Assembly (NCBI GenBank): GCA_031362565.1
Contig: JANLSU010000104.1
Span: forward strand, 1 to 20,257
DNA: 20,257 nt
Source of the DNA: a bacterium
GTDB lineage: Bacteria; Krumholzibacteriota; Krumholzibacteriia; G020349025
Direction: 5' to 3'
Shown here: in pieces, positions 15,064 to 20,257 of the stretch
How positions within the stretch are numbered: the first letter of the stretch is position 1
How the letters are laid out: the number at the start of each line of letters is the position of its first letter
Notes under the pieces: model-generated
Told to the model about the DNA's origin: nothing
The model's input: only the letters and a program-made list of their open reading frames with translations
Databases searched by the model: none
Translations under genes and position numbers: made by a program

Positions 15064-18000
15064 TCAGGGGCGCACCGCGACCGTAACCGCGTGGACCGGC
15101 GCCAAGGCCGGCGGGACCTCGACTCCGGGGGTCGTTTCCCGGGGCGCCGGCGTCCGAGCCGCGGACCGCGCGCCGGCGCTCTCGCCAGACCGCACGAGTG
15201 CCTCGACGGAGGGCGCTAGGGTCTTGAACGCTTGCAGCGCCAGTGAACTCGTGAAGTAGTAGTTCCCAGCGTCTTCGCCAATGACGTAGGCCGAGAGCAT
15301 GCCGAAGAAGTGATCGCCGACCGTGAACACGAAGCTCGCGGTACGGCTGACGGCACGCGACGAGATCATGGCACCGCTCGATGCGAACTTCTCGCTGCGG
15401 TTGTCGCCCGACCCCGTTTTGCCACCGATCATCACGACCTGGCCGTCGGCGTCCGTGAGGCAGCCATAGGCACGCCGCCCGGTGCCGCCCTCGACCACCG
15501 TCTCCATGAGCGCTTTGAGCGACACCGCGACCTCGCGGGGCATGACGCGCTCGCCGGGCCCCTGCGCCGGTTCGAAGTGCGTTTCGTAGGGCGTCCCTTC
15601 GCCGAAGTGCAACGCCTCGACCCGCAAGAACGGCACCCGCGTTCCCTGGCACTGGATGATGCCGACCAGTTCGGCAAGCGCCTGCGGCCGGTCAGCGCTG
15701 CTGCCGATGGCCGTTGCGAGCGACGGCACGAGCGAATCGAACGGATACCCGAGTTGCTTCCATGCCTTGTGAATCTCGCCGAACGCCCGCCGCTCGAGTT
15801 CGATGCGAATGCGCAGGTTCTGCGCCTCCTTGAAGCGGCGCGGGTAGATCCATTCCGACACTTGTTTGCGCGCGTCACCGCTGCGTTCCACGACCCCGGC
15901 CCATTTGGTGCCGGGATGGTCGCGCAGGTCCCGCAACAGCCACGGCTCCAACGGATGGCGGCCGAGGAGATAACCCTCGTCCTGGGCGCTATGGATGCGG
16001 TGCGCATAGGCACGTAGGTACGGCCGCAGCGACGAATCCTGCGCCGCGGTCATCGCCGGATAGACGCGATGCGCCAGATCGCGAATCTGCACCAGCGACG
16101 CGTCCGGATTCTCGGCCAGCGCGAAAATGGCCACGCGCCGTAGGCCGTGCTGATCCTTGCCGCACATCCGCGCCAGCGCCTCTTCATAGGTCGCGTGCCG
16201 GTAACGCGCGAAGAAATCTCCAAGCTCTTCGCGCGCCTCGTTGTCCATCGCGGCGTCGAGCAGGTCCTTGCGCTTGGGATGATCCGAATCGGCCAGGATG
16301 GCCCTTTGGTCGTAGTCCAGTTCGGCGGTGTAGTACTGCGTCAGCTCGCGCATCAAGCGGATGTACACCAGATTCACCGAGTGCTGGAAAGCCACTCGCA
16401 ACGTCGTTGGTCCCGTCAGGTCATCGTCGAAATTCGCGAAGTAGTGCACCCCGCGCCCGGTAAAGAATGCTTCGCCCGGATCGGCGGAAAACGTCCGGTC
16501 GAGCGACGCGTTCAAGGTCCGGTCGAGCGTCGCGCCGGGATTGGTGCGGACGTATCCGGCCACCCAGCGCGACAGCGGGTCGAGTGCGGCGCGTTCGGCG
16601 GTCAAGAGCGCCTCGCCCGGCGTCTCTCGGTAGCGCTCGTACAGCGACGACACGACCATCAGATAGTTGGCCATCGTCCGGAGCTTGGCCGTCGAACCCA
16701 GCTCCAACTTGACGTCCCGGTTGATGTCGAGCGGCTTGTCGACGTTGTCGGCCGAGACGCGCAGCCGGTTGCCCTGTGCGGTGCGTTCGTACAGCGCGAA
16801 GCTGTAAAGAATCTTGGCTGGATCCTGGCCCGGTCCCAACAGGTGTTCGCCGTAGAAGCCATGGCTCGCCATGTAGTTGCCGTCGGCGAAATTACGCAGC
16901 GTCGCGGTGACTTTTTCCTGCACCTTGGAATCGATGCTCGTTTCGACCCGCACATCGTAGCGGTCGAGCGCATACAGATTCTGCACGTGCAGCAAATCGA
17001 GCAGTTCGGCGCGCACGGCGTTGGTGGCTTTGCGATCGACGAACGCCATCCGCTGACGCGCCGGCGGCGTCTTGCGAAACTTGAGCGGCGCCTTGCCGAC
17101 CGCCGTCGCGAACCGCGGCGTCAACACGCCCTGTTCGACCAGCAACGGCAGGTACGAATGAATGCGGTCCTCGAGCGCCTTGCGGTCGGCGGCCAAATAC
17201 AGCGTCGGCCGCCGGGTCGCCATCACCAGCCCGAGAGTCTGCTTGTAGGTTTCGGCTTTGCGTTTGAGGAACCGGTCTTCCTCGGTCAGCGTCAGATCGT
17301 TTTCCATCTCGGCGATCGACTTGCCGAACCACGCCCACATGCCATGGCCGAGACCCGTGACTTCGCCTTCGCCAGGTGCCGCTCCGAGCGGCATGCTGTT
17401 CAGGTAATCGAGGACGATGTCGCGCCGCACCACGCGCGTGTCGGTGCCGTTGCGATAGGCACGCAAGCTCGCCGCAAGAATTTGGCGGATCTTGTCGCCG
17501 CCGCCGGCCGTGCGGCCTTGCGGCGAATGGCGGAATTTTTCGATCTGCGTTGCCAGCGTGCTGCCGCCTTGCACGTGTCCGCCCTCACGCACCTTGTCGA
17601 GGGCGTAGTTGGCGGTTGCGAAGAACAACCGATCCCACTCGAGAGCCGGATTGCGCGTCGGGCGATCTTGATCGAGCAGCTGGCGGTTCTCGACGAACAG
17701 CAGGGACTGCACGACGAGCGACGGAATCTCGCCATATTCCTGGAACGAGAAGCGGTCCATGGGCGCGTGATAGAGATCCTTGCCGTCACGGTCGAGGATC
17801 TGCAGCGACGCGCTGTGCTTTTCGTCATACGGCGGCGCGATGCCGCGCCGCCCCAATTTCACCAATTCTTCGGAAGGACACGCTTGGCGCGCGATGCGGA
17901 AGTCGCGAGCCGTGAGTTGCTTGGAAAGATCCGCCAGTTGGCGATAGCCGAGGCGGCGATCGTACGGGCCATCCGGTGCCAAAAGCGGCGTGTCGCACGC

Positions 18001-18348
18001 GCCATCGCGGATGGCGTAGGTGAGTTTGTTCGAGTAGCTGGAAAAGACCCGCGCCTGCAGCGCGGAGGTGCGCATTTCCATCCAGACGAAGCCGGCGGTC
18101 AGGCCGATCGACGCCAGCACGACGACGTACCACCGCGGCAGGCGCAAGGGGCCGATGGACACACTCGGCTTCGCAGTCACAGCCGCCGGAGCTGCCAGCA
18201 CGGTCTCGCCCGCGGCCGCGCCTTGCGGGGCAAAAAGCGGCCCCAGACCGCGAAACGGCCCGAAGCGGGAGAAGCTCAACCATTGTGGGAGTTTACTCAT
18301 GCAGAAGAGAGGGCGGCGACGACGCCTCTCTTGGTTCTCTCCTTCCAC
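15064..18348 (-). CDS. Large atypical class A penicillin-binding protein (GT51 transglycosylase plus transpeptidase)
   Basis: TM anchor (WYVVVLASIGLTAGFVWM). GT51-type motifs VENRQ, GGSTLATQIEK, DKIRQ and IVLDYLN. Transpeptidase motifs STAK (SxxK), SVN (SxN) and KTG. Start uncertain (GTG 18348 or ATG 18300). Confidence 0.9.
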   Translation of the reverse strand: MEGENQERRRRRPLFCMSKLPQWLSFSRFGPFRGLGPLFAPQGAAAGETVLAAPAAVTAKPSVSIGPLRLPRWYVVVLASIGLTAGFVWMEMRTSALQARVFSSYSNKLTYAIRDGACDTPLLAPDGPYDRRLGYRQLADLSKQLTARDFRIARQACPSEELVKLGRRGIAPPYDEKHSASLQILDRDGKDLYHAPMDRFSFQEYGEIPSLVVQSLLFVENRQLLDQDRPTRNPALEWDRLFFATANYALDKVREGGHVQGGSTLATQIEKFRHSPQGRTAGGGDKIRQILAASLRAYRNGTDTRVVRRDIVLDYLNSMPLGAAPGEGEVTGLGHGMWAWFGKSIAEMENDLTLTEEDRFLKRKAETYKQTLGLVMATRRPTLYLAADRKALEDRIHSYLPLLVEQGVLTPRFATAVGKAPLKFRKTPPARQRMAFVDRKATNAVRAELLDLLHVQNLYALDRYDVRVETSIDSKVQEKVTATLRNFADGNYMASHGFYGEHLLGPGQDPAKILYSFALYERTAQGNRLRVSADNVDKPLDINRDVKLELGSTAKLRTMANYLMVVSSLYERYRETPGEALLTAERAALDPLSRWVAGYVRTNPGATLDRTLNASLDRTFSADPGEAFFTGRGVHYFANFDDDLTGPTTLRVAFQHSVNLVYIRLMRELTQYYTAELDYDQRAILADSDHPKRKDLLDAAMDNEAREELGDFFARYRHATYEEALARMCGKDQHGLRRVAIFALAENPDASLVQIRDLAHRVYPAMTAAQDSSLRPYLRAYAHRIHSAQDEGYLLGRHPLEPWLLRDLRDHPGTKWAGVVERSGDARKQVSEWIYPRRFKEAQNLRIRIELERRAFGEIHKAWKQLGYPFDSLVPSLATAIGSSADRPQALAELVGIIQCQGTRVPFLRVEALHFGEGTPYETHFEPAQGPGERVMPREVAVSLKALMETVVEGGTGRRAYGCLTDADGQVVMIGGKTGSGDNRSEKFASSGAMISSRAVSRTASFVFTVGDHFFGMLSAYVIGEDAGNYYFTSSLALQAFKTLAPSVEALVRSGESAGARSAARTPAPRETTPGVEVPPALAPVHAVTVAVRP

Positions 18349-18631
18349 CGTCCGGTGGCTTGGGGCGAGCCGACCCTCAGCCGTACCCCAATGAGCGTGG
18401 TGGTCAGAGTTCGCTCACCCGCGGTACGACGTCAACCTCAAGGCTATCACAGGGTCCGCGAACCCGAGAAGCGGAAGGTTGCGGTTCGGCGCTCGCGGGC
18501 CCGATTTGGAGGCCGAAACATCGCCGCGCCGGGCTGCCGACCGCGCCGACGGGTCGAAGCACCCATCCGGCGGTGTTTTCCAGTCGATTTCCTGGTTTTC
18601 GGCCACGGGCCCGAGAAGCCGCGAACCGGCG

Positions 18632-18660
18632 TCGACACAGCGACGCCACCTTCCTATGAT
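18632..18660 (+). promoter_or_regulatory. Putative sigma70-type promoter for the lipoprotein (and possibly the acyl-CoA ligase)
   Basis: TCGACA (18632-18637), 17-nt spacer, TATGAT (18655-18660); each box is one mismatch from consensus. Lies 58 nt before GTG 18719. Confidence 0.65.
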
Positions 18661-18718
18661 ACCGCCGGACGGCAGCGCCCATGGATCCTCGCCCACCCTT
18701 TGGCCCGAGGAGAACAAC

Positions 18719-19273
18719 GTGTTCAGACGGTGGCGAAAACCGCGTCGCTGGATCGCATCCCGCCGCCAGGCTCAAGCAACGGCCGGCGCAACCGCAATCG
18801 CCGCGCTTTGGGTGGCTGCCGGTTGCGGCCATCACCGTACGGAAAAGAAACCTCTCCCCGAGCCCGCCCCCGCACCGGTTTCGGCGCCCGTATTGCCGGT
18901 CGAGGCATGGACTGTGCGACTCGGGTCGGAGGGCGGATTCACTGGCGGCTCGAGCGGTTACGAGATCCGTTCGGATGGCACCGTGTGGTCCTGGCTGCAG
19001 GTAGCACCCGGCGACACGACGACGAGCGAATCACGCGGCCGCGCCACGCCCGAATCGATTCGCGCCCTGCACAACGCCCTCGTCGCCCAAGATCTGGTGG
19101 GCATGCAGTTTCAGAGCCGCGGCAACATGACGACGTTTCTGCAGTGGTCGGAGGGCACTCGGCTCGCACAATGGTCGTGGCCCGAGACGGCAAAGGATGC
19201 CAAGCTACCGAGCCCACTGCATCGTGCCTTCGCGGCGGCGCGCACCGCGATCGCGACCGCCCGGCGTCCCTGA
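18719..19273 (+). CDS. Hypothetical lipoprotein with Pro-rich linker and a small globular domain carrying a GGFTG motif
   Basis: AGGAG RBS before GTG 18719. Basic N-region, hydrophobic stretch and lipobox AAGC, then the linker KKPLPEPAPAPVSAP and the domain VRLGSEGGFTGGSSGYEIRSDG…GNMT…WSW. 184 aa. Confidence 0.75.
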   Translation: MFRRWRKPRRWIASRRQAQATAGATAIAALWVAAGCGHHRTEKKPLPEPAPAPVSAPVLPVEAWTVRLGSEGGFTGGSSGYEIRSDGTVWSWLQVAPGDTTTSESRGRATPESIRALHNALVAQDLVGMQFQSRGNMTTFLQWSEGTRLAQWSWPETAKDAKLPSPLHRAFAAARTAIATARRP

Positions 19274-19312
19274 CGTGGCGCACTGGATGCACCGTTCGAT
19301 GCGGAGATCACA

Positions 19313-20257
19313 TTGACCGAGCCACGTACGCTTTGCGAACTATTCATGGGCTCGGCCGAGCGGCTGCCGCGCGATGCCGCGTACCTCATCAAGTCCGCCG
19401 GCAAGTATCATCCCGTGTCGAGTGCGCAGGTTGTGGAGCGCGTGCGCGCTGTGGCATGCGGGCTCGTGCGGCTCGGCGTCAAGCCGGGTGATCGCGTCGC
19501 CATCTTGTCCGAAAACCGCCTCGAATGGGTGCTGGCGGACTACGCGACGCTGCTCTGTGGCGCCATCGTGGTACCCATCTACGCGACATTGCAGCCGGCG
19601 CAAGTGCAGACCCAACTGCGCAATTCCGGCACCGTCGTGGCGTTCTGCTCGTCGGCGGCGCAACTCGAGAAGCTGGGGCCCGAGAGCGCGTTGCCGGACC
19701 TCCGCGCCGTCATCATGTTCGAATCGAATGGCGTGCCGGCAGCGCCGTCCGTAACGCGCTCGGTTTGCACGCTCCTCGACCTCGAAGCAGAGCCGCGGGC
19801 AGATTCCGAGGACGAAGCCTTCGAACGCCGCTGGCGCGCGGTCGTTCCAGACGACGTTGCGTCCATCATCTATACGTCGGGCACGAGCGGCGAAGCCAAG
19901 GGCGTCGTTCTGACCCACGGCAACATCACCAGCAACGTCGCCGGCATGTTGCGGCGCATCGATCTGAACCCGAGCGACACGGCGCTGTCTTTTCTGCCGC
20001 TCTCGCACGTACTGGAGCGCTCGGGAGGCCACTTCGCGCTCTGGTCCGTGGGCCTCACCATTGCCTATGCCGAGAGTGTCGATGCGGTGGCGCAGAATCT
20101 CCTCGAGGTGCGCCCGCGCCTGTTGATCAGCGTGCCGCGTTTGTACGAGAAAATGAATGCGCGCATCTTGGCGGCCGTCGAGCAGGCGCCGCCGTTGCGC
20201 CGCAAGCTCTTCTTCTGGGCGCAAGCGGTTGGGCGCGAACGTGTCCAGCGCCAGCAG
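19313..20257 (+). CDS. fadD: Long-chain fatty acid--CoA ligase (AMP-dependent synthetase); 3' end runs off the window
   Basis: Manual translation from TTG 19313 (GGAG RBS): MTEPRTLCELF…GLVRLGVKPGDRVAILSENRLEW…VPIYATL…SIIYTSGTSGEAKGVVLTHGN…SFLPLSHVLER…SVPRLYEK. The AMP-binding P-loop is present. Absent from the ORF track because there is no stop in the window. Confidence 0.93.
   Translation, partial: MTEPRTLCELFMGSAERLPRDAAYLIKSAGKYHPVSSAQVVERVRAVACGLVRLGVKPGDRVAILSENRLEWVLADYATLLCGAIVVPIYATLQPAQVQTQLRNSGTVVAFCSSAAQLEKLGPESALPDLRAVIMFESNGVPAAPSVTRSVCTLLDLEAEPRADSEDEAFERRWRAVVPDDVASIIYTSGTSGEAKGVVLTHGNITSNVAGMLRRIDLNPSDTALSFLPLSHVLERSGGHFALWSVGLTIAYAESVDAVAQNLLEVRPRLLISVPRLYEKMNARILAAVEQAPPLRRKLFFWAQAVGRERVQRQQ

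Noticed and set aside
16147..19491. 1114-aa plus-strand ORF
   Set aside because: It is the antisense shadow of the PBP gene and overlaps the lipoprotein and acyl-CoA ligase in another frame. It is Arg-rich and has no motifs, as expected from GC-rich codon bias.
19340..20224. 294-aa minus-strand ORF at the right edge, and plus-strand ORFs 28-495 and 102-776 at the left edge
   Set aside because: Antisense shadows of the real truncated genes (acyl-CoA ligase and efflux adaptor), which the ORF track missed.
1..20257. CRISPR array, tRNA/rRNA, transposase, integrase or phage/defence genes
   Set aside because: I saw no regularly spaced repeats, RNA-gene signatures or relevant protein motifs. The EEP nucleases carry signal peptides, which argues against an intracellular defence role.

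Overview
GC-rich bacterial chromosomal DNA with 15 supported protein-coding genes, two of them cut by the window edges and absent from the ORF track. I see no rRNA, tRNA, CRISPR array or mobile element. Gene order: MacA-type efflux adaptor (partial, -); FAA-hydrolase plus secreted MBL-fold hydrolase (+); DUF1572/DinB, PNPOx-like and a membrane-anchored Cys-rich protein (-); alpha-glucan phosphorylase glgP (+); thrC (-); a CMAH/UlaG-like MBL-fold protein with a broken metal motif (-); a membrane transglutaminase-like protein (-); two tandem paralogous secreted EEP (DNase I-fold) proteins with Ig-like repeats and a FlgD-Ig/T9SS-like C-terminal domain (-); an atypical ~1090-aa class A PBP (-); a divergent lipoprotein (+); a long-chain acyl-CoA ligase (partial, +). 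The C-terminal domain style suggests a high-GC FCB-related lineage such as Ca. Eisenbacteria, Krumholzibacteriota or Latescibacterota (inference). The best novelty candidates are the duplicated EEP pair, which differs in loops near the active site, and the non-canonical PBP with its divergent lipoprotein. The degenerate MBL next to the transglutaminase and the Cys-rich membrane protein follow. All family calls come from motif recognition by eye; no database searches were run.
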